A stretch of 32,000 bases of DNA from Prochlorococcus marinus subsp. pastoris str. CCMP1986 (GCF_000011465.1 NC_005072.1:1080001-1112000), one strand, 5' to 3'. Counted from the stretch's first letter, positions 7,955-19,192 are shown. Numbers and translations: made by a program. Notes: generated by a model from the letters alone, not told the origin.

Positions 7955-9046
7955 TTAGACATTAAATAAAAACTCCATTACATCACCTTCATTTACTACA
8001 TATTCCTTACCTTCACTTCTTAGTAAACCTTTATTTTTAGCATTAACTATTGATCCTGAATCAATTAAATTTTGATATGAAATTGTTTGAGCTCTAATAA
8101 ATCCTTTTTCAAAATCAGTATGTATTACTCCTGCAGCTTGTGGAGCAGTCATCCCATCTTTTATTGTCCAAGCTTTAGTTTCTTTTTCTCCAGTTGTGAA
8201 ATAAGTTTTTAATCCTAATAATTTATAAGTAGATTTTATTAAAGATTTTAATCCTCCTTCCTCTACACCTAAACCCATTAGGTAATCTTTTTTATCCTCA
8301 GGTTCTAACTCTATTAATTCTGATTCAACTTGGGCTGAAATTTTTATACATTCTGTATTTTCAGAGTTTGCAAAACTTTGCACTTTTGAAGAGAAATCAT
8401 TACCTTCAGCTAAATCATTTTCATTTAAATTAGTGGCATAAACAATTGGTTTTGCAGTAAGAAAACCCAATTGTTTAATCATTAAATTTTCTTCATCAGT
8501 TAAAGATATTGACCTAATAGAAAGTCCTTTTTGTAACTCATCCTCAATTTTTTCTAATAAAGAATCTTCTTGTGCCGCTTCTTTACTTGTTTTAACTTGT
8601 TTTTTAATTCTTTCTCTTCTTTTTTGAAGCTGAGATAAATCAGCCAAATTAAGCTCCAAATTAATAATCTCAATATCATCTAAAGGATCAATCTTCCCTG
8701 AAACATGAATTACCTCAGTATCTTCAAAACATCTCACGACGTGAACTATTGCATCAACTTCTCTAATGTTGGAAAGAAATTTATTTCCTAAACCCTCACC
8801 TTTACTCGCACCTTTTACAAGACCTGCAATATCGACAAATTCAATTTTAGTGGGGATAATATTCTGACTAGAACTTAAACTACCTAACTCTTGAAGCCTT
8901 TGATCAGGGACTGAAACAATACCTTTATTTGGCTCGATGGTACAAAAGGGGAAATTTGCAGCTTGCGCTTTTGCATTTTCAACAAGTGCATTAAATAAAG
9001 TTGATTTCCCAACATTTGGCAATCCAATAATACCGGCTTTTAACAT
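7955..9046 (-). CDS. ychF: Redox-regulated ATPase/GTP-binding protein YchF
   Basis: P-loop [41 protein letters not shown]-terminal TGS domain ending VMEFLFNV. Confidence 0.97.
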   Translation of the reverse strand: MLKAGIIGLPNVGKSTLFNALVENAKAQAANFPFCTIEPNKGIVSVPDQRLQELGSLSSSQNIIPTKIEFVDIAGLVKGASKGEGLGNKFLSNIREVDAIVHVVRCFEDTEVIHVSGKIDPLDDIEIINLELNLADLSQLQKRRERIKKQVKTSKEAAQEDSLLEKIEDELQKGLSIRSISLTDEENLMIKQLGFLTAKPIVYATNLNENDLAEGNDFSSKVQSFANSENTECIKISAQVESELIELEPEDKKDYLMGLGVEEGGLKSLIKSTYKLLGLKTYFTTGEKETKAWTIKDGMTAPQAAGVIHTDFEKGFIRAQTISYQNLIDSGSIVNAKNKGLLRSEGKEYVVNEGDVMEFLFNV

Positions 9047-9193
9047 TTGAAAAAATTTATAGATGAATTAGTCAATGAATCATCTTCTTGTAATATAGAG
9101 TTTACTTAGCCAACCTTGGATAAGTTAATCATAATCGTTTCGATTATTTACTATAGTTTCTAAATATCCTTAATTGCTTGCTCACTAAAAAAT

Positions 9194-10255
9194 ATGCTTA
9201 ATTTAATAAAAAAGAATTTAAATATAAAAAGTGGAATTGCATTAATTGTTTTAGCAACTATTTTTGTCTTTTTAAGTAATTCTTTTAAGAAAAATAAATC
9301 AAAAGACATATCCAACTTTGTAGTTTCCGTTGAAAAGGGAATTCTTTCTGAATCAATAAACACTAGTGGAGAAGTAAAGGCTACCAGAACAAGCAATATT
9401 GGTCCAAGGAAACAAGGAATACTAGAAGAAATTAAAGTAGAAGAAGGTGATCTCGTAGAAAAGGGTCAAATTTTGGCTACTCTCGATGATGAAGATTTCA
9501 TCTATAAGCTTGAAGAACTTGAATTAAATTTAAAAAAACAAAAATCTGAATATTTAAGAAGAGAATTTTTATTCAAAGAAGGAGCAGTTAGTAAAGAGGA
9601 TTATGAAAGCTATAAAAACAAGTACAACACAAGCGAAGCGAAATTTAGTGATGCGAAAGCTGAAAAAGATTTTTATTCTATAAGAGCTCCATACCCAGGG
9701 AAAATAACAGCTAAATATGCAGAGATAGGTTCGTACGTTACACCTAGTTCAAATTTAAGTTCGAACTCTAAAGCTAAAAACTTTATTTTTGAATTATCAG
9801 AAGGTCTTGAAATTATTGCCAAAGTTCCAGAGAGTGATATTGGAAGGATAAAAACAGGTCAAGAAGCCTCTGTAAGGATAGAAGCTTATCCCTCAAATAA
9901 ATACAGAGCAATAGTTAAAAAAATAGCCGAAAGGGCTGTAAAAGATAATAATGTAACTTCATTCGAAGTAACGTTGAAATTCAAAGAAATCTCTGAGGAA
10001 ATAAAAATTGGTATGACCGCTGACCTTGAATTTAAAGTTAAAAGTAGTGAAGAAAAAATCTTAGTTCCGACAGTTTCGATAGTCACCGAAAAAGGTGAAA
10101 AAGGTGTCTTAAAAGTAGATAAAAATAATACTCCTAAATTTGAAAAGATTGAAATAGGTATTAGTAGCGGAAATAAAACCTCGATAATTGAAGGTTTAAG
10201 ACCTGGAGAGCAAATATTTATTGATATTCCACCTTGGGCGAATAAAAGAAAATGA
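9194..10255 (+). CDS. HlyD/RND-type efflux periplasmic adaptor (membrane fusion protein)
   Basis: N-terminal TM, GEVKATRTSNIGPRKQGILEEIKVEEGDLVEKGQILATLDD biotinyl-lipoyl-like half, coiled coil, YSIRAPYPGKITAKYAEIGSYV. Confidence 0.88.
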   Translation: MLNLIKKNLNIKSGIALIVLATIFVFLSNSFKKNKSKDISNFVVSVEKGILSESINTSGEVKATRTSNIGPRKQGILEEIKVEEGDLVEKGQILATLDDEDFIYKLEELELNLKKQKSEYLRREFLFKEGAVSKEDYESYKNKYNTSEAKFSDAKAEKDFYSIRAPYPGKITAKYAEIGSYVTPSSNLSSNSKAKNFIFELSEGLEIIAKVPESDIGRIKTGQEASVRIEAYPSNKYRAIVKKIAERAVKDNNVTSFEVTLKFKEISEEIKIGMTADLEFKVKSSEEKILVPTVSIVTEKGEKGVLKVDKNNTPKFEKIEIGISSGNKTSIIEGLRPGEQIFIDIPPWANKRK

Positions 10256-13182
10256 GTTTGAAATCCAAAGACTCAAAAAAACCAATTTTACTTTTAGTTG
10301 ATGGCCATTCTCTAGCCTTTAGAAGCTTCTATGCATTTAGCAAAGGGGTTGATGGGGGATTAACAACTAAAGAAGGTTTTCCCACTAGTGTCACCTATGG
10401 ATTTTTAAAAAGTCTTCTAGATAATTGCAAAAATATTAATGCTGAAGGGGTTTGTATTACTTTTGATACAGAAAAACCAACTTTTAGACATGAATTAGAT
10501 CCAAATTATAAAGCTAATAGAGATGTTGCTCCAGATGTTTTTTTTCAAGATATAGAACAACTAGAAATCATCTTGAAAGAAAGTCTTAATTTACCCATTT
10601 TTAAATCTCCAGGATTCGAAGCTGATGATCTATTAGGAACAATTGCTAATGATGCATCCTCAAAAGGTTGGTGTGTAAATATTCTTTCTGGGGATCGAGA
10701 TTTATTTCAACTAGTTGATGATCAAAAAGATATTTATGTTCTCTATATGGGCGGAGGTCCTTATGCTAAAAGTGGTAATCCGACTTTAATGAATGAAAAT
10801 GGAGTCAAAGAAAAACTAGGAGTTTATCCAGAAAGAGTTGTAGATCTGAAGGCCTTAACTGGTGACAGTTCGGATAATATCCCAGGAATAAAAGGTGTTG
10901 GACCAAAAACAGCTATTAATTTATTAAAAGAGAATGATACCTTAGACGGGATTTATAAAGCCTTGGACATTATTCAAAAAGATGAAGATAAAAAATATCA
11001 GGGTTTTATAAAAGGCGCCGTTAGGGAAAAGCTAAAAAATGATAAATTCAATGCTTATCTTTCAAGAGATTTAGCAAAGATAGATGTTGAAGTGCCTCTG
11101 GTATTAAGCAATGGATATGAACTAAATCAAATAAACCAAGATGCTTTATCTGAATCTCTACAAAAACTTGAATTATCAACTTTACTTAGGCAAGTTGATA
11201 TTTTTAATTCAGCATTTAGTAAAGGTGGTTTTAATAAAAATAATGAGGAAAAACAAAAGAAAAAAGAATCAAAAGTTTCAGCTTCAATTAATTTAGAAGA
11301 AACTGAACATGAAATCCCCAAAATCAAAGTAAATATAGTTAATAATTTTAAATTACTAGATCAACTAGTTAAAAGATTAGAGATTACGAAGGAAATAGTT
11401 GCCTTAGACACTGAGACCAATAGTTTAAATCCTCTAGATGCAGAACTTGTTGGTATAGGTTTTTGTCTTGGCGAAGAGATTAATGATCTATTTTATATAC
11501 CTCTTAGTCATCAATCGCAAAAAAAAGAGATGAATCAATTAGCAATTGAAGATGTATTCTTTAATTTAAGATCTTGGATAGAAAGTCCAGAGAAAGAAAA
11601 AACACTTCAAAATTGTAAGTTTGATAGACAAATATTTTATAACCATGGGCTAAATCTCAGAGGAGTTACTTTTGATACCCTGTTAGCAGATTACATTCTT
11701 AATAATCAGGAAAAACATGGATTAAGTGAAATTAGTTTTAGAGAATTTGGATTTAAGCCACCAACTTTTAAAGAAACAGTTGGAAAAAATAAAGATTTTT
11801 CATTTGTCGACATTAATGATGCAAGTACTTATTGTGGTTATGATGTACTCCTAACTTTCAAGATCGCGAAAATTTTTAAAGAACGATTTAATAATGAAAA
11901 TAAGGATTTAACAAAATTATTTAAAGAAATCGAATTGCCTTTAGAGCCAGTCTTATCAGAAATGGAGATGAATGGTATCAGAATAGATACCACTTATTTA
12001 AATGAACTATCTGGAGAATTAAAAAGTACATTAGAAAATATTGAGGAAAATGTTTTTGAAATAGCAAAGCAAGAATTTAATTTATCCTCTCCAAAACAAC
12101 TTGGTGAAATATTGTTTGAGAAGTTAAATCTTGATAAAAAAAAATCAAGGAAAACAAAAACAGGTTGGAGTACTGATGCAGTTGTTCTTGAAAGATTAGT
12201 AGAAGAACATGAGATAATTCCCTTTCTAATAAAACATAGAACTCTTAGTAAACTTTTAAGTACATATATTGATGCTCTTCCCAACCTTATTAGTGAAAAA
12301 ACTGGAAGAGTTCATACTAACTTTAATCAAGCAGCTACCGCCACTGGGAGATTAAGCAGTAGTAATCCTAATCTTCAGAATATCCCTGTCAGAACAGAAT
12401 TCAGTAGAAGAATAAGAAAAGCCTTCTTGCCCGAAAAAGGTTGGAAATTACTATCGGCAGATTATTCTCAAATTGAATTAAGAATACTTGCTCATTTAGC
12501 TAACGAAGAAATTCTTATAAATGCATTCCACAAAAATGATGATATTCACTCTTTAACAGCACGATTGATTTTTGAAAAGGAAGACATAAATTCTGACGAA
12601 AGAAGAGTTGGTAAAACCATTAATTTTGGAGTTATTTATGGAATGGGAATAAAAAAATTCGCACGATCTACAGGGGTAAGTACAACTGAAGCAAAAGAAT
12701 TTTTGATTAAATATAAAGAAAGGTATGCCAAGATTTTTAAATTTCTAGAATTTCAAGAAAGGCTTGCTCTATCGAAAGGTTATGTAGAGACAATTTTTGG
12801 AAGAAAGAGAGAATTTAAATTTGATAAAAATGGACTTGGTAGATTAATAGGAAAAGATCCATATGAAATAGATTTGCAAACTGCTAGGAAAGCGGGAATG
12901 GAGGCTCAATCTTTAAGAGCCGCCGCAAATGCTCCTATTCAGGGTTCTAGTGCTGACATTATTAAAATAGCTATGGTTCAATTAAACAAAAAATTATTAG
13001 AGATGAATATTCCAGTTAAAATGCTTTTACAGGTTCATGATGAATTATTGTTCGAGGTCCAACCAGATTTCTTAGAAATCACAAAGGATTTAGTAAAGGA
13101 AACTATGGAAGATTGTGTAAAATTAAACGTACCACTTCTTGTCGATATCGGAGTTGGAAATAACTGGATGGAAACTAAATAA
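10252..13182 (+). CDS. polA: DNA polymerase I
   Basis: N-terminal 5'-3' exonuclease (VDGHSLAFRSFYAF, LTGDSSDNIPGIKGVGPKTA), VALDTETNSL exonuclease motif, polymerase motifs LSADYSQIELRILAH, RRVGKTINFGVIYGMG and LLQVHDELLFEV; 4-nt overlap with the upstream ORF. Confidence 0.98.
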   Translation: MSLKSKDSKKPILLLVDGHSLAFRSFYAFSKGVDGGLTTKEGFPTSVTYGFLKSLLDNCKNINAEGVCITFDTEKPTFRHELDPNYKANRDVAPDVFFQDIEQLEIILKESLNLPIFKSPGFEADDLLGTIANDASSKGWCVNILSGDRDLFQLVDDQKDIYVLYMGGGPYAKSGNPTLMNENGVKEKLGVYPERVVDLKALTGDSSDNIPGIKGVGPKTAINLLKENDTLDGIYKALDIIQKDEDKKYQGFIKGAVREKLKNDKFNAYLSRDLAKIDVEVPLVLSNGYELNQINQDALSESLQKLELSTLLRQVDIFNSAFSKGGFNKNNEEKQKKKESKVSASINLEETEHEIPKIKVNIVNNFKLLDQLVKRLEITKEIVALDTETNSLNPLDAELVGIGFCLGEEINDLFYIPLSHQSQKKEMNQLAIEDVFFNLRSWIESPEKEKTLQNCKFDRQIFYNHGLNLRGVTFDTLLADYILNNQEKHGLSEISFREFGFKPPTFKETVGKNKDFSFVDINDASTYCGYDVLLTFKIAKIFKERFNNENKDLTKLFKEIELPLEPVLSEMEMNGIRIDTTYLNELSGELKSTLENIEENVFEIAKQEFNLSSPKQLGEILFEKLNLDKKKSRKTKTGWSTDAVVLERLVEEHEIIPFLIKHRTLSKLLSTYIDALPNLISEKTGRVHTNFNQAATATGRLSSSNPNLQNIPVRTEFSRRIRKAFLPEKGWKLLSADYSQIELRILAHLANEEILINAFHKNDDIHSLTARLIFEKEDINSDERRVGKTINFGVIYGMGIKKFARSTGVSTTEAKEFLIKYKERYAKIFKFLEFQERLALSKGYVETIFGRKREFKFDKNGLGRLIGKDPYEIDLQTARKAGMEAQSLRAAANAPIQGSSADIIKIAMVQLNKKLLEMNIPVKMLLQVHDELLFEVQPDFLEITKDLVKETMEDCVKLNVPLLVDIGVGNNWMETK

Positions 13183-13206
13183 TCTTCAAATAAATACTTT
13201 TTTAAT

Positions 13207-14685
13207 ATGATCAAATTATTTAATACTTTAAGCAAAAACATTGAAGTCTTTAAACCAATAGATGAAGTAGTAAAGATATACTGTTGTGGTGTAACTGTTT
13301 ATGATTTATGTCATCTTGGGCATGCAAGAAGTTATATAGCTTGGGATATCCTGAGAAGGTTCTTAATTTATAGTGATTACAAAGTTAAGTATGTGCAGAA
13401 TTTTACTGATATCGACGATAAGATTTTAAAAAGAGCAAAAGAAGAAAATAGCTCTATGAATGAGGTTTCAGAAAAAAATATTACTGAATTCCATAAGGAC
13501 ATGGATGCCCTAGGAATTATGAGGCCGGATAGCATGCCAAAAGCTACAAATCATATTTGCAATATTTGTTCATTTATAAAAGTTCTTGAGGATAAAGGTT
13601 TTGCATATATCAGAGGTGGAGACGTTTATTATTCTGTTTTTAAAAATAAAAATTATGGAAAACTGAGTAATCAAAATATCCTTGAGCAAAATATAAATCA
13701 ACAGGGCAGGATTACTACAGATGAAAGTAATAAAAAAGAAAATCCCCAAGATTTTGCTCTATGGAAAAAAGCAAAAGACAATGAACCATCTTTTGATTCG
13801 CCTTGGGGGAAAGGTAGACCAGGATGGCATATTGAATGTTCTGCAATGGTAAAAGATGAATTAGGAGAAACAATTGATATCCATTTAGGAGGTTCTGATC
13901 TTATTTTTCCTCACCATGAAAATGAGATTGCACAGTCTGAATCAGCTAATAATAAAAAGCTTGCGAACTATTGGCTTCATAACGGAATGGTCAATGTAAA
14001 CGGACAAAAGATGAGTAAATCTTTGAAAAACTTTACTACCATAAGAGACTTATTAGATTCAGGGACAAGTCCGATGACCCTAAGATATTTTGTTTTAACC
14101 GTAAACTATAGAAAGCCACTCGATTTTACCGATGAGGCTTTGAAAAGTGCCTCGGAAGCATGGAAAAATATTAATGTTGCTCTTTCTTTATTTGATATTA
14201 CTAAAAAAGAAAATCTATCGATTGAGGTAAATGAAACTAATGAATTTGTTGAAGAAACATATAAAGATATGATCAATTATGAAATATCTCAAAAAAAGAT
14301 AAAGTTTACTAATGCTTTAAATAACGACCTTAATACAGCAGGAGCAATTGCAATCATTTATGAATTAGCCAAACCACTAAAAAACTTTATAAATCAATTC
14401 CAAAGAATTAAAAACCTTGAAATAAATACTAATGAAAAATTTCATCTTAGAGAAACTTTTAAAACACTAGAAGAACTGACTGATGTTCTTGGATTAAAAA
14501 AAGAAGAAATAATAATCGACAACAGAATCAACGAAGATCAAATACTATCCCTCATTAATAAAAGATTGGGAGCAAAAAAGGAAAAAGATTATGCAGAAGC
14601 CGATAAAATAAGAAATTTATTAAAGGAAAAAGGAGTAGAACTCATAGATCAATCCCCTGAGCTTACAACATGGGTAAGGATCTAA
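13207..14685 (+). CDS. cysS: Cysteinyl-tRNA synthetase
   Basis: YCCGVTVYDLCHLGHARSY, GRPGWHIECSAMVKDELG, GGSDLIFPHHENEIAQSE, KMSKS motif. Confidence 0.98.
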   Translation: MIKLFNTLSKNIEVFKPIDEVVKIYCCGVTVYDLCHLGHARSYIAWDILRRFLIYSDYKVKYVQNFTDIDDKILKRAKEENSSMNEVSEKNITEFHKDMDALGIMRPDSMPKATNHICNICSFIKVLEDKGFAYIRGGDVYYSVFKNKNYGKLSNQNILEQNINQQGRITTDESNKKENPQDFALWKKAKDNEPSFDSPWGKGRPGWHIECSAMVKDELGETIDIHLGGSDLIFPHHENEIAQSESANNKKLANYWLHNGMVNVNGQKMSKSLKNFTTIRDLLDSGTSPMTLRYFVLTVNYRKPLDFTDEALKSASEAWKNINVALSLFDITKKENLSIEVNETNEFVEETYKDMINYEISQKKIKFTNALNNDLNTAGAIAIIYELAKPLKNFINQFQRIKNLEINTNEKFHLRETFKTLEELTDVLGLKKEEIIIDNRINEDQILSLINKRLGAKKEKDYAEADKIRNLLKEKGVELIDQSPELTTWVRI

Positions 14686-14767
14686 ATTTTAAGAAAAAAC
14701 CCAATTTAAATTTTTTATTTTTTAAATTCACCTTTAAGTGGGAAAATATTATAAATATTAGAGAAAA

Positions 14768-15997
14768 TTGAAATACATCACTGTGCTGGGTTCAACAGGT
14801 TCAATTGGAACCCAAACTCTCGAAATAGTAAGTGAACTGCCTGATAAATTCAAAGTAGTAGCTCTTTCAGCAGGGAGAAATATAGACTTATTGACGGAGC
14901 AAGTTAGTCAACATAAACCAGAAGTTATTGCTATTGAGGATGAAAATCTTTTAACAGATTTAAAAAATAATATTAACAATTTAGGAATAAGTAATCCTCC
15001 TATAGTTTTAGGTGGTCGAGAGGCAATTAATTCAGTGGCAGCATGGGATTCTGCCGATACTGTAATTACTGGAATAGTAGGATGTGCTGGACTTATTCCG
15101 ACGATGTCAGCTATTAAGGCTGGTAAAAATATTGCGCTTGCCAATAAAGAAACCTTAATTGCCGCGGGGTCTGTTGTTATACCTGCTTTAAAGGAAAGCA
15201 AAAGTAGACTTTTACCTGCGGACTCTGAGCATTCAGCTATCTTTCAATGCATACAAGGATTACCTAATTATGAAAATGCCGATTTTTCAACAGGTCAAAT
15301 CCCAAATGGTTTAAAAGCTATTCATTTAACTGCATCAGGAGGTGCTTTTAGAGATTGGGAAGTAGAGGATTTAAAAAATGTCACAGTGGAAGATGCGACT
15401 TCCCATCCAAATTGGAGTATGGGGAGAAAAATAACTGTAGATTCTGCCACTCTTATGAACAAAGGATTGGAGGTTATTGAAGCACATTATCTTTTTGGGA
15501 CGTCTTACGAAAATATTGAAATTGCTATACATCCTCAAAGTATTATTCATTCAATGATTGAGATGGAAGATTCTTCTGTCCTAGCTCAATTAGGATGGCC
15601 TGATATGAAGCTCCCAATTTTATATGCAATGAGTTGGCCAGAAAGGTTCAAAACTAATTGGAAAAGATTTAATTTAACTGAGATTGGGCAACTTACATTT
15701 AAAAAACCGGACGAAGTAAAATATCCATGTATGGGACTTGCATATTCAGCAGGGAAATGTTCAGGAACAATGCCTGCAGTACTTAATGCTGCAAATGAAA
15801 TGGCAGTAGATCAATTTCTAAAAGAAAAAATTTCTTTTCAAGAAATTCCTATCTTTATAAATAAAACTTGTGAATCACATTTGAATAAAATCAACTTAAA
15901 CCCAAAGTTAGAAGATATTCTAGAGGTTGATAATTGGGCGAGGATTTTTGTTCAAGAAGAGATAAAAAAAGGCAAAAAATATATCAACGTAGGTTAA
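14768..15997 (+). CDS. dxr: 1-deoxy-D-xylulose 5-phosphate reductoisomerase
   Basis: [70 protein letters not shown]. Confidence 0.98.
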   Translation: MKYITVLGSTGSIGTQTLEIVSELPDKFKVVALSAGRNIDLLTEQVSQHKPEVIAIEDENLLTDLKNNINNLGISNPPIVLGGREAINSVAAWDSADTVITGIVGCAGLIPTMSAIKAGKNIALANKETLIAAGSVVIPALKESKSRLLPADSEHSAIFQCIQGLPNYENADFSTGQIPNGLKAIHLTASGGAFRDWEVEDLKNVTVEDATSHPNWSMGRKITVDSATLMNKGLEVIEAHYLFGTSYENIEIAIHPQSIIHSMIEMEDSSVLAQLGWPDMKLPILYAMSWPERFKTNWKRFNLTEIGQLTFKKPDEVKYPCMGLAYSAGKCSGTMPAVLNAANEMAVDQFLKEKISFQEIPIFINKTCESHLNKINLNPKLEDILEVDNWARIFVQEEIKKGKKYINVG

Positions 15998-16002
15998 AAA
16001 AA

Positions 16003-16332
16003 GTGAACGTTCAAAAGCACTTATTACTTTGTGCAACGCCTACAAAACAAAAATGTTTTAAAGGCGATGAAGGTAATAAGACTTGGGAATGTCTTAAAAA
16101 GACTTTAAAAAATTATGAGAATGATTCTTCTTCAAGAAATATACAAATAATGAGATCTAAAGTTGATTGTTTAAGAATATGTAAAAATGGACCAATTCTT
16201 CTTATTTGGCCTGATGGCATTTGGTACGAAAAAGTTTCTCCAGAAAAAGTATCAGAAATTTTCACCTCTCATGTAATTAATGGTAATCCAATCGAAAAGT
16301 GGATTTTTAAAAAAACTCCTTTTGAAAAATAA
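16003..16332 (+). CDS. 2Fe-2S ferredoxin-like protein (thioredoxin-like fold family)
   Basis: In-frame GTG at 16003 avoids overlapping dxr (track start is 15934). HLLLCATPTKQKCF...VDCLRICKNGPILLIWPDGIWYEKVSPEKV has the usual cysteine arrangement. Confidence 0.82.
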   Translation: MNVQKHLLLCATPTKQKCFKGDEGNKTWECLKKTLKNYENDSSSRNIQIMRSKVDCLRICKNGPILLIWPDGIWYEKVSPEKVSEIFTSHVINGNPIEKWIFKKTPFEK

Positions 16333-16352
16333 TTTAAAAAAACATATATTAT

Positions 16353-17444
16353 TTAAAGACTTAAAAGCCAATTCTTAACTGCTTCATCAGACCAACAACC
16401 ATTATTTGAATGAAAACCATTATGACCTCCCTTATTAGTTATTAGAATAGTTAATTTATCAAATGATTCATTCAAAGAGTTTTTCAAATTTAAAGTAGAT
16501 TGATATGGAACCCAAGGATCATCCTTAGCATGGATTAAAAGAGTAGGGGGAAGATTCTTAATTAAATTTTGAATTCTAAATATAGGTGAAGATTGATAAT
16601 AATAATCCTCTAAAGATTTGAACCCCCAACTAGGTGCAGTGAAATTTGCATCAAATTCTCCTATCGTTTTTAAACCTTTAATTTTTTTACTCAAGCTACT
16701 TTTAGGAAATAAAATCCCTTCGTTTTTAAATCCATCCCATAATTGCCTTTTCAAACGTTGCATTAACCATTTTTGATATAAAAAATTTCGAGGTCTTTCT
16801 ATACAATTGCTGCAAGATAATAAATCTAAAGGGCTACTAACACAAGCCAATCCATCTAATAATTTTCTTCTATTTCTTGATCTGTAGTCTAAGCAGGCAT
16901 TAAGAAGAATAGTTCCTCCTAAAGATAATCCAACTCCAAATATAGGTAAATCTTCTTTATTTTTTAAAGAATCTTTAAATTCAGAATTAAGAAGTTGCCT
17001 AAAATTTTTAAGACCCAAAATAATATCATTCGAACATCTTGCGGAATAATTCCCTTTCGCCAAATATCTAGCTGAACCAGCCCCTCTAAGATTTAATTTA
17101 ATAACTCCAAATCCATTATTAACTAACTTTCTAGCAATTCGTTTTAAACCAAAACGCCTAGTAGATCCCCCTAATCCATGAGTAATAAGAACAATTCCTT
17201 TTAAACAATCTAAGTTTTCTGGTAACTCTAAGAACCCTAAGAGATAATCACCCTCAAATTTTTCTGAGAGAATATTATTTATTGGTAAAAGTATTTTTTT
17301 ATTTGTTTTAGCTTGGAGAAAATCAAAAATAAATGTATCTCTTAAAGTTTGAAGGTCCCCTCCAATCCAAGGGAAAGCCTGTCTAAAAGGTCTTTTGTTT
17401 ATATAATCTGAAAACTTAAATGAGAGATTACTATTTATCGCCAA
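16353..17444 (-). CDS. Alpha/beta hydrolase, YheT/UPF0017-like family
   Basis: ITHGLGGSTRRFG, INLRGAGSA-like LNLRGAGSARY, nucleophile region GVGLSLGGTILLN, HAKDDPWVP, GGHNGF. Confidence 0.9.
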   Translation of the reverse strand: MAINSNLSFKFSDYINKRPFRQAFPWIGGDLQTLRDTFIFDFLQAKTNKKILLPINNILSEKFEGDYLLGFLELPENLDCLKGIVLITHGLGGSTRRFGLKRIARKLVNNGFGVIKLNLRGAGSARYLAKGNYSARCSNDIILGLKNFRQLLNSEFKDSLKNKEDLPIFGVGLSLGGTILLNACLDYRSRNRRKLLDGLACVSSPLDLLSCSNCIERPRNFLYQKWLMQRLKRQLWDGFKNEGILFPKSSLSKKIKGLKTIGEFDANFTAPSWGFKSLEDYYYQSSPIFRIQNLIKNLPPTLLIHAKDDPWVPYQSTLNLKNSLNESFDKLTILITNKGGHNGFHSNNGCWSDEAVKNWLLSL

Positions 17445-18867
17445 CTCCTAGATCCTTTAATTCTCCAATTAACTCACTTAAAACTTTCTTGGCATCACCA
17501 AAAACCATTGAGGTATTTGGCAAGTCAAACAAATCATTTTTTATCCCCGAATAACCAGCGCTCATCCCTCTTTTTATTACAAAGACTGTTCTTGCTTCTT
17601 GGACATCAAGAACAGGCATTCCATATAAAGGAGAACTCTTGTCATTTTTTGCTTGTGGATTAACAACATCATTTGCCCCTAAGACCAAAACAACATCTGT
17701 TGCTGGGAATTCAGGATTAACAACATCCATTTCTTTGAGTTGTTCATAAGGAACATCTGCTTCTGCCAAAAGAACATTCATATGTCCTGGCATTCTGCCT
17801 GCTACAGGATGAATCGCATATACAACTTCAATACCATTTTGTTCTAGTTTTTTTGTTACTTCTCTCAAAGTATGTTGTGCTTGAGCCACAGCAAGACCAT
17901 ATCCGGGAACAACGATTACCCTATTTGCTGCCTCTAATGTTAATGCACATTCTTCAACACTACAGGAAGTTATATTTGTATATTCCCCTGATCCAGAAGA
18001 TGTAGTAGTTTGTGCAGATAAAGAGCCTCCAAAAAGGACAGAAATCAGAGATCTGTTCATTCCTTTGCACATTACCTGAGTTAATATCAAGCCTGCTGCT
18101 CCCACCATTGCTCCAGCCACAATTAAAAGCTGACTGTCTACTACAAAACCTGCAGCTGCAGCTGCGATACCTGAATAGCTATTTAAAAGAGATATAACAA
18201 CCGGCATATCTGCACCACCAATTGGCAAAGTTACCCCAATTCCTAAAAGAGTGGAGGCTATAACCAAAAGCCAAATCGAACTAACATTACCGCTTATTAG
18301 GTATATGAAAGATATCAATGAAGTTACTCCAAAAACAATGTTTACAAAATGTCTAGCTTTAACCTGAGTCCATCCAGGAGTGGACAGCCAACCTTGTAAT
18401 TTAGCCATTGCCACGATTGAACCTGAAAAAGTAATCGCACCAACAAATATTGAGACTGAAATTGAAGCATCATTAATAAAAGGTTCTAAAGATCCTGCTT
18501 TCGCCACTTCATTAAAAGGGAATAAAAACGCACCAATAGCTACCAATAGAGAAGACATTCCACCAAAACCATTGAACAAAGCTACAGTCTCTGGCATTGA
18601 TGTCATTGGCACCTTCTTAGCAAGTAAAGTTCCTAACAAACTTCCCACTAAGGATCCAACAATGATCCATGCCCATGATTGAGCTGGGATTCCAGAAGTA
18701 CCTAGATAGTAGGAGAGTAAACCTACAACAGAAAGCAACATAGCAAATGCTGCTAATATATTCGCTTCTCTAGCAGACCTAACTTTTGATAACCCTTTTA
18801 TACCAAGTGCTAATAAAAGAACTGCTAGAAGATCTATAACGAATTTAATAATATCAGGAAGATTCAT
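17431..18867 (-). CDS. pntB: NAD(P) transhydrogenase subunit beta
   Basis: GGADMPVVISLLNSYSGIAAAAAGF, VIVVPGYGLAVAQAQHTLRE, HPVAGRMPGHMNVLLAEADVPYE, LGANDVVNPQA, KRGMSAGYSGIKNDLF. Confidence 0.97.
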   Translation of the reverse strand: MNLPDIIKFVIDLLAVLLLALGIKGLSKVRSAREANILAAFAMLLSVVGLLSYYLGTSGIPAQSWAWIIVGSLVGSLLGTLLAKKVPMTSMPETVALFNGFGGMSSLLVAIGAFLFPFNEVAKAGSLEPFINDASISVSIFVGAITFSGSIVAMAKLQGWLSTPGWTQVKARHFVNIVFGVTSLISFIYLISGNVSSIWLLVIASTLLGIGVTLPIGGADMPVVISLLNSYSGIAAAAAGFVVDSQLLIVAGAMVGAAGLILTQVMCKGMNRSLISVLFGGSLSAQTTTSSGSGEYTNITSCSVEECALTLEAANRVIVVPGYGLAVAQAQHTLREVTKKLEQNGIEVVYAIHPVAGRMPGHMNVLLAEADVPYEQLKEMDVVNPEFPATDVVLVLGANDVVNPQAKNDKSSPLYGMPVLDVQEARTVFVIKRGMSAGYSGIKNDLFDLPNTSMVFGDAKKVLSELIGELKDLGVGDK

Positions 18868-18880
18868 TTTATGTACTTAA

Positions 18881-19177
18881 TTATTTATTTTTTTTTGTAG
18901 GTTTACGACTAAACATGGCAAGCATTCTATCCGTTACAAAAAAACCACCTACAACGTTAAAAAGAGCAAATCCAAGAGATATTGATCCGATTATTAATAA
19001 CGGACTATTTGGCTCTGCTTTTATAATTGCAGTTAATGCTGCCAACATTGTTATACCTGAGATGGCATTTGCCCCACTCATTAAAGGTGTATGAAGTGTT
19101 GGAGGTACTTTTCCTATTAATTCCAGACCTAATAAACTTCCAAGCAACAAAACCCAGAGTAAGCTATCAAAATTCAT
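18881..19177 (-). CDS. pntAB: NAD(P) transhydrogenase alpha subunit, transmembrane part (separate polypeptide)
   Basis: GKVPPTLHTPLMSGANAISGITMLAAL and VVGGFFVTDRMLAMFSRKP, directly between pntB and the soluble alpha domain. Confidence 0.95.
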   Translation of the reverse strand: MNFDSLLWVLLLGSLLGLELIGKVPPTLHTPLMSGANAISGITMLAALTAIIKAEPNSPLLIIGSISLGFALFNVVGGFFVTDRMLAMFSRKPTKKNK

Positions 19178-19192
19178 AATTTAATTAAGACC

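Noticed and set aside
1-8000. Possible genomic island or defence system in the small-ORF region
   Set aside because: No integrase, transposase, tRNA attachment site, direct repeats, nuclease, helicase, toxin-antitoxin or reverse transcriptase signature found. Small-ORF density alone does not establish a system.
9160-9396. Minus-strand ORF opposite the HlyD-type gene
   Set aside because: Antisense shadow; the opposite strand encodes a clear membrane fusion protein.
9886-10086. Minus-strand ORF in the HlyD-type gene
   Set aside because: Antisense shadow, no family resemblance.
11127-11327. Minus-strand ORF in polA
   Set aside because: Antisense shadow; Ser/Phe/Leu-rich composition.
11994-12284. 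Minus-strand ORF in polA
   Set aside because: Antisense shadow of the polymerase domain.
13035-13241. Minus-strand ORF spanning the polA-cysS junction
   Set aside because: Mostly antisense to polA; no independent support.
14908-15201. Minus-strand ORF in dxr
   Set aside because: Antisense shadow.
18012-18682. Two plus-strand ORFs (18012..18197, 18380..18682) opposite pntB
   Set aside because: Antisense shadows of a strongly supported CDS.
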